A stretch of 32,000 bases of DNA from positions 570,001-602,000 of the forward strand of contig NZ_AP019769.1 of the NCBI RefSeq assembly GCF_023169545.1, in the 5' to 3' direction. Source of the DNA: Nanobdella aerobiophila. GTDB taxonomy: Archaea; Nanobdellota; Nanobdellia; Nanobdellales; Nanobdellaceae. Positions 16,801 through 24,315 of the stretch are shown piece after piece. A program made the position numbers and the translations under genes. The notes beneath the pieces were generated by a model that saw only the letters and a program-made list of their open reading frames with translations, searched no databases and had not been told where the DNA came from. The stretch's first letter is position 1. Each line of letters begins with the position of its first letter.

Positions 16801-17576
16801 ACATAGATTGCACTACTACCTGACCCTTCAGTAATATAGTTTCCAAGTCCAGTAGTACCAGTATTAGAACCTCCACCATCAGACTGAAATAGAGTCTCCG
16901 TAATATAACTTCCTGCGCCTAATGATTTTGCGTTATATGCTAGATAAGATATAGAACTAGATGACTGGCTATAATCTAAAACATCTATTACATTTCCATT
17001 TGGTCCTGTTGTAGTAGTAGTAGATAATGAGCCACCAGAACCTGACAAAGTAAAATCACCTGTAGGCGCATTTCCATTAAAGTATAGATCAAATACGTCA
17101 TTACCATTATCATATTCTGCATAAGTAGGACTTAATTGAGGAGCTTCACCTACATAAGGAGGATATTGAGAATAATAATTAGCTGAAGTAGATCCAATAT
17201 ACATATAAATAGTTACTTGACTATTTGCAGGAATTCCATTTGGTAAATTTACCCACCAGACATCACAAGATACTCCATTAATATTTTCTTGACCTTCATA
17301 CCATGAATATATATTTGGAGAACTACCAGAAGTTGTAAAATAAACATTAGATCCATTAGAATTAATTTCATTAAATAATGTTGAATTATCTACATATGCA
17401 AAATTATTACCTACACTAGGATTACCATTACAAATAGCAATATCTTGTTGGAAAGGTGTTGGAGTTGCTACAGATTGAGAATTTGTTATTGTTATACTAT
17501 AGGAACCTTGAGAGAAAATAATGTGTGATATAAATATCAAAAAAGAGATTAATAATAAAAATACTACTTTTTTCAT
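13809..17576 (-). CDS. Secreted 1255-aa surface protein: signal peptide, 2x (DUF2341-like + lectin/LamG-like) modules, Ig-like/CARDB-like repeats, C-terminal membrane anchor
   Basis: The N-terminus MKKVVFLLLISFLIFISHIIFS is signal-peptide-like. The module ITI.NSQS...FYTTSG...SWYEG...DVWW.NLPNGIPANS..TIYMYIG follows the DUF2341 pattern and occurs twice (aa 28-371 and 424-762), each copy ending W-V-R-[IV]-R-A-Y-P-P-N-G-V-M-P-S-I-S-I. The protein is rich in Ser, Thr and Asn with many N-x-S/T sequons, and its last ~20 residues are hydrophobic. Confidence 0.8.
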   Translation of the reverse strand: MKKVVFLLLISFLIFISHIIFSQGSYSITITNSQSVATPTPFQQDIAICNGNPSVGNNFAYVDNSTLFNEINSNGSNVYFTTSGSSPNIYSWYEGQENINGVSCDVWWVNLPNGIPANSQVTIYMYIGSTSANYYSQYPPYVGEAPQLSPTYAEYDNGNDVFDLYFNGNAPTGDFTLSGSGGSLSTTTTTGPNGNVIDVLDYSQSSSSISYLAYNAKSLGAGSYITETLFQSDGGGSNTGTTGLGNYITEGSGSSAIYVGTQFGGDYFDQDYLSSGSMTFDQNAQGTANSNWRYASLTYIAGSSSYYAYIAPQLYSTSGGYSGTVNANPISSATTIYWDNYADAGPGSHIYYDWVRIRAYPPNGVMPSISIAPAVSVTSVSLSQSSYTSCPGTSVNVGATSNLNNPYSQQTAVNFYCLLPGGMITISNSQSVATPAPFQQDIAVCNGNPNAGNNFAYVDNPTLFNEINSNGSNVYFTTSGSSPNIYSWYEGQDNINGVNCDVWWINLPNGIPANSNYTIYMYIGSTSANYYSQYYPYTGVSAYWYCYSEGYTNMSTCPNYGLYDNGQDVFNYYWNFAGTSLPSGWTGSGSYTVNNGLSVAYSGYAYTSSTFGYNNNSILDFYGDFPPATSTDNAAFGFVQSGTGNAGVDAGWTINTNNNQGDTTNAVGQTGLSGASGAYTTGISGGISATGYHVWTIYFPTSGYVLFAYDYVNSEKITTTLPTSAYPIGGINSQGSQATIGPFYWVRVRAYPPNGVMPSISISAINPSYNDITCSFPNGNSCTTTGNSCSVPIIISPSPTAPPGSYSIVITASTPSSSSSSIFTYNIQQQISISSNYNSGWSTNPINVYIQGCGQNYTLFVSNNIYCSSSLPVFTDFNSSCILTSPASYTVYGQTCYNGNCLNSNSLTINIDNNLPNISITLLNISNTSIIANIYASEYPSGINNVVIYDNGTQVYSTTVNSNTFSYTVNLPYSNYTNLTVCASTNAGLSNCNSKIINIVGLSNQAGISQPLIYIYLLNSTNNSLEMNITGYSYYSINNISISTNNGYSNTFYNQNSVLVNIPYTPPNLLNIDIEVCSNNGQCSSETLEYEQGIYTETYYGIVQLQAYVVPININQKEYPIGNTLNFYLNSPAYYMILNITNIGNVTLNNISISLQQMGDMPELLYNNLPVQNINNINISELQPNQSYILQFSVLPLYPGSSNLLFNFNLNGNSLGDAQYNLVVNYPSSNSSLVASENIYYPLLVGIISLVLLLV
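15291..16307 (-). repeat. Internal duplication, copy B (aa 424-762)
   Basis: See copy A. The C-terminal halves of the two copies are much more diverged, but both end in the same YPPNGVMPSISI motif. Confidence 0.85.
16464..17495 (-). repeat. Internal duplication, copy A (aa 28-371 of the 1255-aa protein)
   Basis: Its first 116 aa differ from copy B at 13 positions by my alignment. Long identical DNA runs are shared, for example ccagaagttgtaaaataaacattagatccattagaattaatttcattaaataatgttg in both copies. Confidence 0.85.
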
Positions 17577-17592
17577 AAATTTATAAATTTAT

Positions 17593-17763
17593 CTAAAAAT
17601 TTATAAATCCTTCTTTCATTAAATTTTTTGCTTCTTTTCTAACTTTTCTAAAACATTGTATATGAAACATTATCTTATCTCCATTAGCATTTAAAGTCTT
17701 ATATTTATCATTATCAAATATAGAATTATTACAATATTTACATTTTCCAATTTCTTTTCTCAT
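17593..17763 (-). CDS. Small 56-aa CxxC...HxxC zinc-finger-like protein, absent from the ORF track
   Basis: My translation is MRKEIGKCKYCNNSIFDNDKYKTLNANGDKIMFHIQCFRKVRKEAKNLMKEGFINF*. It is co-oriented with the 1255-aa gene and ends 16 nt upstream of it. Confidence 0.35.
   Translation of the reverse strand: MRKEIGKCKYCNNSIFDNDKYKTLNANGDKIMFHIQCFRKVRKEAKNLMKEGFINF
17600..17608 (-). promoter_or_regulatory. Candidate TATA box for the 1255-aa surface protein gene
   Basis: TTTATAAAT lies 24-32 nt upstream of the ATG at 17576. A second copy sits at 17580-17588. Confidence 0.3.
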
Positions 17764-17802
17764 TTAAAATAAATTTAAATTATTCTTATAAATTATATTA
17801 AA

Positions 17803-18849
17803 ATGGGTTTAGCAGAAATAAGAGAATTAATAAAACCAGTAATAAAAGAAGTCGATTTATCATATTTATCTGGGAAAATCGTCGCATTAGACGCATTTAA
17901 TGCATTATATCAATTTCTTGCTGCAATAAGACAACCAGACGGTACGCCTCTAAAGGATTCTAAAGGAAGAATTACATCACATTTATCTGGATTATTTTAT
18001 AGAAATAAAAATTTAATTGAAAATGGAATTAAATTAATATATGTATTTGATGGAAGACATCCAGAATTTAAAAAGAAAGAACAAGAATTGAGAGAAGAAC
18101 AAAGAAAAAAAATGGAAGAAAAATATGAAATTGCAAAAGAAGCGGGAGAAAAAAATTTAAAGAAGTATGCAGAATTTACATCTAAATTAGATTACAATAT
18201 GATAGATGAAGCTAAAGAACTATTAAAAGCAATGGGCGTACCGTATATACAAGCACCATCAGAAGGAGAAGCAGAAGCTGCATATTTAGTTAAAAAAAAT
18301 ATAGCAGATTTTGTAGGATCACAGGACTATGATTCTTTATTATTTGGAGGAACTAGAGTTGTCAGAAATATAACGATCAGCGGAAAAAGAAAGATACGTG
18401 GAGTTGAAGTTAATATATCTCCTGAAATAATAGAATTAAAAGATGTTTTAAATTATCTAAATTTAAATCAAGAAAAATTAATAATTTTAGCTCTAGTAGT
18501 TGGCACAGATTATAACCCAGACGGAATTAAAGGTATAGGTATAAAAAAAGCATATGAAATCGTAAAAAAATATGATGATCCAGAAAAAATATTTAATTAT
18601 ATTAATTGGGATAAATATTATGATATATCATGGAAAGAGTTAGAAAAATTTTTCTTAGATCCGCCGGTAGTAGATATAAATAAAGAAGATATAAAGTTTG
18701 GAGAAATAGACGAAGAAAAGATAAGGAAAATATTAATAGATAATCATGACTTTTCAGAAGAAAGAGTAAATAAATCTATAGAAGAGTTAAAGAAATCATA
18801 TAAGCAAGGATCACAGAAAAATTTATTATCTTTTTTTCAGAATGGGTAA
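17803..18849 (+). CDS. fen: Flap endonuclease 1 (FEN1)
   Basis: 348 aa. The N-terminus MGLAEIRELI...LSGKIVALDAFNALYQFL...PDGTPLKDSKGRITSHLSGLFYR is the canonical XPG-N region. The XPG-I acidic cluster (SEGEAEAA...GSQDYDSLLFG) and a helix-hairpin-helix region are also present. Confidence 0.9.
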   Translation: MGLAEIRELIKPVIKEVDLSYLSGKIVALDAFNALYQFLAAIRQPDGTPLKDSKGRITSHLSGLFYRNKNLIENGIKLIYVFDGRHPEFKKKEQELREEQRKKMEEKYEIAKEAGEKNLKKYAEFTSKLDYNMIDEAKELLKAMGVPYIQAPSEGEAEAAYLVKKNIADFVGSQDYDSLLFGGTRVVRNITISGKRKIRGVEVNISPEIIELKDVLNYLNLNQEKLIILALVVGTDYNPDGIKGIGIKKAYEIVKKYDDPEKIFNYINWDKYYDISWKELEKFFLDPPVVDINKEDIKFGEIDEEKIRKILIDNHDFSEERVNKSIEELKKSYKQGSQKNLLSFFQNG

Positions 18850-18881
18850 AATTCATCATTTTTCAGATCTCGGCAAAGTCA

Positions 18882-20483
18882 TCATTCATATGCCTTATGT
18901 ATATATTCCTTGAAACACCTATAAGAATTAAATAATGGTCCTATATATTTTATTGAATTTAATGATACATCAATAAATTTATTATAATCATTTCTATAAA
19001 TATTTAATATATAATCTAACTTATCATAAAAATTCTCTATATCTTTTTCATCAGTATTTCTATTTACATCATAATTATTTTCTCCGAAGAACCAACCATT
19101 TAAATCATCTATTATTATTTCTAAAGGAGATCCATCTCTAGAAAATAAAGTAGGTGTTCCATTTAATCCTGCCCTCATCCATGAAGTTCCTGAAGCTTCA
19201 AATGGTGGTCTGGGTATATGTAAAAATAGATCTGTACCAGCTAATAATATTCTTTCTTGTTCTAAACCCCTTCTTAATATTAAACCTACTGGTACATCTA
19301 TAGTAGATATTGTATCTATTATCCATTTTATAGTATTTTTTGTAAAATCATCCTTAGGATGAAATGTTCCGGATAATAAGAATTGTATATTATATTTTTT
19401 ATTTAATTCTTCCAGTTTATCCAGTCTCCATAATAACATATGAAATCTTTTATATTCAGTTAACCTTCTTTTAACAGTTATTAATATTCTATTATTCTTA
19501 AAAGATTTATTTTGATGGGAATTTACATTTATATAATTTATAGAATCATCTTTTAATATATTCTTTACTTTTATAAATTGATTTCTATCTATACTACCAG
19601 CATAAGATAATTTAGATGGTTCCAACCTCCATCCTGGGATATAAGAATCGTATAATAATTCTAGTTTATTATTTATCCATCTTAAATGATGTACTCCATT
19701 TGTAATATACTCTAAATTTTTATTGAATACGCTTTCTGTAACAACCTTATGCTTATATGATACCGCATTAGAGAATCCAGATATATTCAATAATACTTTA
19801 GTTAAACTTAAATTATTTCCAGAAATATTTTTTATTTCTATTGGTATATCATAATATTTTTCTACTAGATTATAATCGAATCCGTCATGGCCTGCGATAA
19901 TTGAATGAGTGGTAAAAACTAATTTTTCTCTTACTTCTTCCATATTTTTTAACCTTTTAAATAATTCTATTGCTAGGAAACCTCCATGTGATTCATTTAA
20001 ATGAAATTTATCAATATTTATACCATATTTGTCAAAAAATTCTAATGTACCTAAACCTAACAATAGATCTTTTAATAGTTTTTCTTCAGCATTTTCTTCA
20101 TAATATAATCTTCCAGTTAATTTTCTAATATTTGGATTATTTTCTTGAATATCTGTATCAAATAAAAATAATTTAGAGTGTGATAAACTATATTTCCATA
20201 CTTGAAAATATATCCTTAAACCTTTTAGATCTACATGGAATTTATCCTCTATATTCAAAAAATATTCTAATGGATCATAATCTTCATCTTTATATATTAT
20301 ATCTTTATCTTTTATACTATATTCTGCATATCCATTCTTATTTACAAATCCAACTCCATATATAGGATATTTCAGATCATTTGAAGAATAGAATAGGTCC
20401 CCGGCTAATATTCCCAATCCACCTGCATAAGTTGGCAATTTGCCTATAGAGAACTCTTGAGATATAAAAGCGATTTTTTTCAT
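18882..20483 (-). CDS. glgP: Alpha-glucan (glycogen/maltodextrin) phosphorylase-like protein, GT35, short form
   Basis: 533 aa with the motifs YAGGLGILAGD, HLNESHGGF, TTHSIIAGHD and EASGTSWMRAGLNG. The last motif has Arg where GT35 enzymes carry the PLP-binding Lys. Confidence 0.7.
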   Translation of the reverse strand: MKKIAFISQEFSIGKLPTYAGGLGILAGDLFYSSNDLKYPIYGVGFVNKNGYAEYSIKDKDIIYKDEDYDPLEYFLNIEDKFHVDLKGLRIYFQVWKYSLSHSKLFLFDTDIQENNPNIRKLTGRLYYEENAEEKLLKDLLLGLGTLEFFDKYGINIDKFHLNESHGGFLAIELFKRLKNMEEVREKLVFTTHSIIAGHDGFDYNLVEKYYDIPIEIKNISGNNLSLTKVLLNISGFSNAVSYKHKVVTESVFNKNLEYITNGVHHLRWINNKLELLYDSYIPGWRLEPSKLSYAGSIDRNQFIKVKNILKDDSINYINVNSHQNKSFKNNRILITVKRRLTEYKRFHMLLWRLDKLEELNKKYNIQFLLSGTFHPKDDFTKNTIKWIIDTISTIDVPVGLILRRGLEQERILLAGTDLFLHIPRPPFEASGTSWMRAGLNGTPTLFSRDGSPLEIIIDDLNGWFFGENNYDVNRNTDEKDIENFYDKLDYILNIYRNDYNKFIDVSLNSIKYIGPLFNSYRCFKEYIHKAYE

Positions 20484-20513
20484 AATAAAATATAAAAATC
20501 TAAAAATTTATAT

Positions 20514-22457
20514 TCATATGATGTCTACTACTCTATAGAGGTTAAATTTATCTTGAAAAAAGGAAACTAAATCATTTATATTTAATCTTATCTGTTCTTT
20601 TGTATCTCTGTATCTAATTGTAACTGTATTATCTCTTAATGTTTGGTCATCTACTGTAATACAGTATGGTGTTCCTATTTCATCTTGTCTTTTATATCTT
20701 ATCCCTATTCTTCCAGAATCATCATAGTATACATCAAAATATTTCCTTAAACTATTGTATATATTTCTAGCAACTTTATTATGATCTTCTTTATTTTCTA
20801 ATAATGGAAATATAGCAACTTGTACAGGAGATAAATATTCTGGTAATTTTAATATATTATCATAATTTAATACCAATAGAGAAAATATATTTCTATCTAC
20901 TCCAAATGATAATTCTAATTCTACTGGGATAAACTTAGATCCATCGGGCCTTGTAACTATAAATCTCCTATCTTTGGATAATATAAAATGGTTCCATAAA
21001 TCATATCCAACCATAATATTATCTTTTCCTATAAATAATTTTTCTAGATCTTCTAATATATCTTTTGGTACTTTATTCAGTATATTTGTATCAAATTTTA
21101 ATACTCTAAAATGAATTCCTCCAACTTCCACCCATTTTAAATCATCTAGATATAATTCTAGATCAAAATGATACATATTATAAAAGGATTTTTCATTATT
21201 ATCCAACTGATAAAATCTTATTTTGTTTTTAGGTATCTTTAATATATCTATATAGAACCTAAATACCTTATACAAAAAGTATATATAAAATTTATCTATT
21301 CCTGTATAATTATATATATCTTCCAAAGATAATTCTTCATATTGCACATTTTTCGACCTTGAATTAACCAATAATACATTTATATACTCATTTTTATATT
21401 TATCAAATTCCTGATTGAATATATTATTATAATAATCAAAAAATATTTGTAATTCTGCTTGAGTAAATTCCCTTAATCTTATTAAAGCATTTCTTGGCGA
21501 TATTTCATTTCTAAATGCCTTCCCAATTATATATAATCCTAAAGGTAATCTATATCTATTTATTACAAATTCTGTTGGAAAATCTATATATACACCTTGT
21601 GCTGTTTCTGGTCTTAGATACATCTCATTATTTAATATAGAATTATATTTTTCTAATAATAATTGTAGGTCATCGACATCAAACTTTATATCAATATAAT
21701 GTATAGAATTAAATAATTTTTCTATATAATATTCATCTATTTCTTTATGTTCTTTATTTGTAGATAAGAAATATTCATTTGTTATAGAATCATACAATAT
21801 TACTATATCTTTATCCTGATTAAATATATATGTTTTATTCTCTATTACTATACCATATATTTTCTGATTTTCCAAATATTGTTTATATATATATGATATT
21901 ATCCTCTCATTTACCTTATTATAATTATCTCTTTTCAGTATAGATAATATTTCGAATCTTCTTCTTATATCCTCTAAATATAGGAATAGATCAGATTCTG
22001 GTCCGACAAATATTGGAAACATTAAATTAAATAATTTAAGATTTGATAATTTTTCATTACATAAAGGACATAATATTTTACCTTCTTCAAATATTTTATT
22101 CATCTCTTCTATAGTCAAACTTTCTGCTTTTATATTTAGATTTTCTTCAATTAACTTATCTGCCCTCAACCTATGACCTTTTCTACATTCTACAATTGGA
22201 TCATTAAACAATTCTAAATGCTTTGATGCTATAAATACCTCCTTATTCATTATTTCTGATGGTTGTATTTCATATATATTATCAAACAATTTACCAAAAT
22301 ATAGTCTCCATAAATTTTCATATTTTTTCTTTAATAAAGAACCTAGAGATCCGTAATCATAAAATCCAGACTTGGCCCCATATATAGACGAAGATTCATA
22401 AAAAAAACCCTTTTCCTTTGCAAGATTTATTATATCTTCAACCCCGAAATCTTTCAT
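20514..22457 (-). CDS. glyS: Glycyl-tRNA synthetase, archaeal/eukaryotic alpha2 type
   Basis: 647 aa with the motifs GFYDYGSLG, RLRADKLIE, FNLMF, YLRPETAQG and FRNEISPRNALIRLREFTQAE (class II motif 2). The C-terminal anticodon-binding region reads VAIFPL...YYDDSGRIGIRYKRQDEIGTPYCITVD. Confidence 0.9.
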   Translation of the reverse strand: MKDFGVEDIINLAKEKGFFYESSSIYGAKSGFYDYGSLGSLLKKKYENLWRLYFGKLFDNIYEIQPSEIMNKEVFIASKHLELFNDPIVECRKGHRLRADKLIEENLNIKAESLTIEEMNKIFEEGKILCPLCNEKLSNLKLFNLMFPIFVGPESDLFLYLEDIRRRFEILSILKRDNYNKVNERIISYIYKQYLENQKIYGIVIENKTYIFNQDKDIVILYDSITNEYFLSTNKEHKEIDEYYIEKLFNSIHYIDIKFDVDDLQLLLEKYNSILNNEMYLRPETAQGVYIDFPTEFVINRYRLPLGLYIIGKAFRNEISPRNALIRLREFTQAELQIFFDYYNNIFNQEFDKYKNEYINVLLVNSRSKNVQYEELSLEDIYNYTGIDKFYIYFLYKVFRFYIDILKIPKNKIRFYQLDNNEKSFYNMYHFDLELYLDDLKWVEVGGIHFRVLKFDTNILNKVPKDILEDLEKLFIGKDNIMVGYDLWNHFILSKDRRFIVTRPDGSKFIPVELELSFGVDRNIFSLLVLNYDNILKLPEYLSPVQVAIFPLLENKEDHNKVARNIYNSLRKYFDVYYDDSGRIGIRYKRQDEIGTPYCITVDDQTLRDNTVTIRYRDTKEQIRLNINDLVSFFQDKFNLYRVVDII

Positions 22458-22694
22458 TCATAGGCAAATAATTTATAAAAATATTTATAAGCATTTTAAG
22501 TTTATAAGAACCAAAACTAAAAATAATTCACTAAAGAAATTAGTTCAATTAAAAATCCTAAAGTACTTCAAGATACAAGATCTAATTTATCTTCAAACCC
22601 TGAATTTTATTTATATTTTTATAAAAACTTTTACTTTTTCTATGGAGGCATAAAAATTATTGTATTTATAGGTTCATTTAAATAAATACTTTAG

Positions 22695-22737
22695 AGAAGA
22701 ATATAAAATTAAAATAAGAAAATTTTATTATTCTTCT
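22695..22737. repeat. Near-perfect 16-bp inverted repeat with a 10-nt spacer
   Basis: The element is AGAAGAATATAAAATT-aaaataagaa-AATTTTATTATTCTTCT, with one extra T in the right arm. It lies in the ORF-free glyS/rnj spacer. Confidence 0.5.
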
Positions 22738-22928
22738 TATGTACGTATTGCTAAGAAATTACAATTTATTATTGCAAATTTATAAAAAATAAAAATAACG
22801 AATTATTATAAATAATACTATGATCTCGATAAAAATTACCTAAGAAAAATAAAAAAGAGATTAATAAATACTTCGTCCTCAAAGGCCGGAAGATGTCAGC
22901 TTATTAAATTTTTTAAAAATAAGATTTG

Positions 22929-24257
22929 ATGGAGATTGAAGTAATACCTGTAGGGGGTTATTCGTACATAGGTAAAAATATGACTGCAATACGAATTGAT
23001 GATGAAATAATTATTATAGACATGGGTATAAATGTAGATAATATATCAAAATTTGGAGAAAGAGAAAGTATTGTAAATAAACCTATGAAAGAACTATATG
23101 ATCTAGACATAATACCAAATGACAAGATATTAGAAAATTATAAAGGAGAAATAAAGGGAATAATATTAACTCATGGACATTTAGACCACATAGGTGCTGT
23201 AAATTTTTTAGCTCCAAAATATAATGTTCCTATATACTGTACTCCTTATACTGCAGAATTATTAAAGATGCAAGAGAAAGAATATGGAGTTATATTATCA
23301 AATGATATTAAAAAAATAAGCCCAAATAGCACAATAAATATATCAGATAAATTAAAGATAAATATAATAAATTCTACACATTCTATACCTCAATCTATAA
23401 TGGTAGATATAATTACAAATAAAGGTCACATAGTTCATACAGGTGATTTTAAGTTTGATAATTTTCCATTAATAGGTAAAAGAACAAATTATGAAAAGCT
23501 AAAAGAAATAGGAAGAGAAAATGTATTATTATTAATATCAGAATCTACAAGATCAGAAGAATTATCGAAAGCTCAATCAGAAATAATAGAAAAGTATATG
23601 TTATATGATGTACTAAAATCTTTAGATACAAAAGGTATAATTATAACAACATTTGCTTCACATATTTCTAGATTAAAATCTATAATAGAATTAGGAAAAG
23701 AATTTAATAGAAAAGTAATATTTATAGGAAGAAGTATGGGAAAATATATAAAAGCTGCTGAAGAAACAAATCTTTATAATTTTTCTGAAGAATCAGAAGT
23801 GTATAGTGACGTAAAAGAATACAAAAAGATATTAGAAAACATAAATAATGATAAAGAACAATATTTATTAGTAGTTACGGGTCATCAAGGTGAACCAGGT
23901 TCAGTATTAGATAAATTATCTAAAGATAGCTTTAAATTCGATATAAAAGATTCTACTATAATATTTGCAAATAATGTAATTCCACATCCTATAAATGAAG
24001 CAAACAGAAAAATATTAGAAGAAAGATTAAAGAGGAAGGGAGTAAATATTATAAAGGATATACATGTTTCAGGACATGCTAAAGCCCAAGATCATAATAT
24101 GCTAATAAAAATGCTTAATCCAGAAAATATAGTTCCCAATCATGGGGACATAAATAAAAAAGCCGCTTACTATACCATAGCTGAAGAAAAGGGATACAAA
24201 TTGGGAGAAGATATCTTTTTTATAGAAGATCAACAGAGTAAAATATTTAATATATAA
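22929..24257 (+). CDS. rnj: Ribonuclease J (archaeal, metallo-beta-lactamase/beta-CASP)
   Basis: About 442 aa. The N-terminus is IEVIPVGGYSYIGKNMTAI...IIIDMG and the HxHxDH motif is ILTHGHLDHIGAV. Later motifs are HTGDFKFD and HVSGHA. I prefer the ATG at 22929 over the TTG at 22926 used in the ORF track. Confidence 0.8.
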   Translation: MEIEVIPVGGYSYIGKNMTAIRIDDEIIIIDMGINVDNISKFGERESIVNKPMKELYDLDIIPNDKILENYKGEIKGIILTHGHLDHIGAVNFLAPKYNVPIYCTPYTAELLKMQEKEYGVILSNDIKKISPNSTINISDKLKINIINSTHSIPQSIMVDIITNKGHIVHTGDFKFDNFPLIGKRTNYEKLKEIGRENVLLLISESTRSEELSKAQSEIIEKYMLYDVLKSLDTKGIIITTFASHISRLKSIIELGKEFNRKVIFIGRSMGKYIKAAEETNLYNFSEESEVYSDVKEYKKILENINNDKEQYLLVVTGHQGEPGSVLDKLSKDSFKFDIKDSTIIFANNVIPHPINEANRKILEERLKRKGVNIIKDIHVSGHAKAQDHNMLIKMLNPENIVPNHGDINKKAAYYTIAEEKGYKLGEDIFFIEDQQSKIFNI

Positions 24258-24263
24258 TTTTTT
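24258..24263 (+). terminator. Oligo-T tract (T6) after rnj
   Basis: The T6 run follows immediately after the TAA at 24255-24257. Confidence 0.3.
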
Positions 24264-24315
24264 ACTTAATGGTTTAAATAAAAGCATTTATTTTTTATTA
24301 GATATAATAGTGTAT

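Noticed and set aside
15529-16834. ORFs 15529-15714(+), 16391-16582(-, alternate frame) and 16640-16834(+) within the 1255-aa gene
   Set aside because: They arise because the GC-enriched part of the surface gene has few stop codons in other frames. The 1255-aa frame is continuous and carries a signal peptide and repeated domains.
12905-17800. Bona fide integrative element at tRNA-Ala
   Set aside because: No integrase, recombinase or transposase ORF is present, and I found no repeat of the tRNA-Ala 3' end by eye downstream. I therefore report only an accessory islet or breakpoint, not a mobile element.
22871-22900. Relatively GC-rich patch cttcgtcctcaaaggccggaagatgtcagc, considered as a split-tRNA half or C/D-box sRNA
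   Set aside because: I could not fold a cloverleaf half from it, since there is no acceptor or T-arm pattern. There is no RUGAUGA C box with a properly spaced CUGA D box on either strand. Only a weak imperfect hairpin forms. I kept it only as part of the long-spacer observation.
22926-22928. TTG start for rnj (ORF track) and GTG start at 24310 for the first pilus-operon ORF
   Set aside because: ATG codons follow immediately, at 22929 and 24316. The ATG at 24316 gives a sensible MKA-plus-hydrophobic-helix N-terminus, so the alternative starts are unnecessary.
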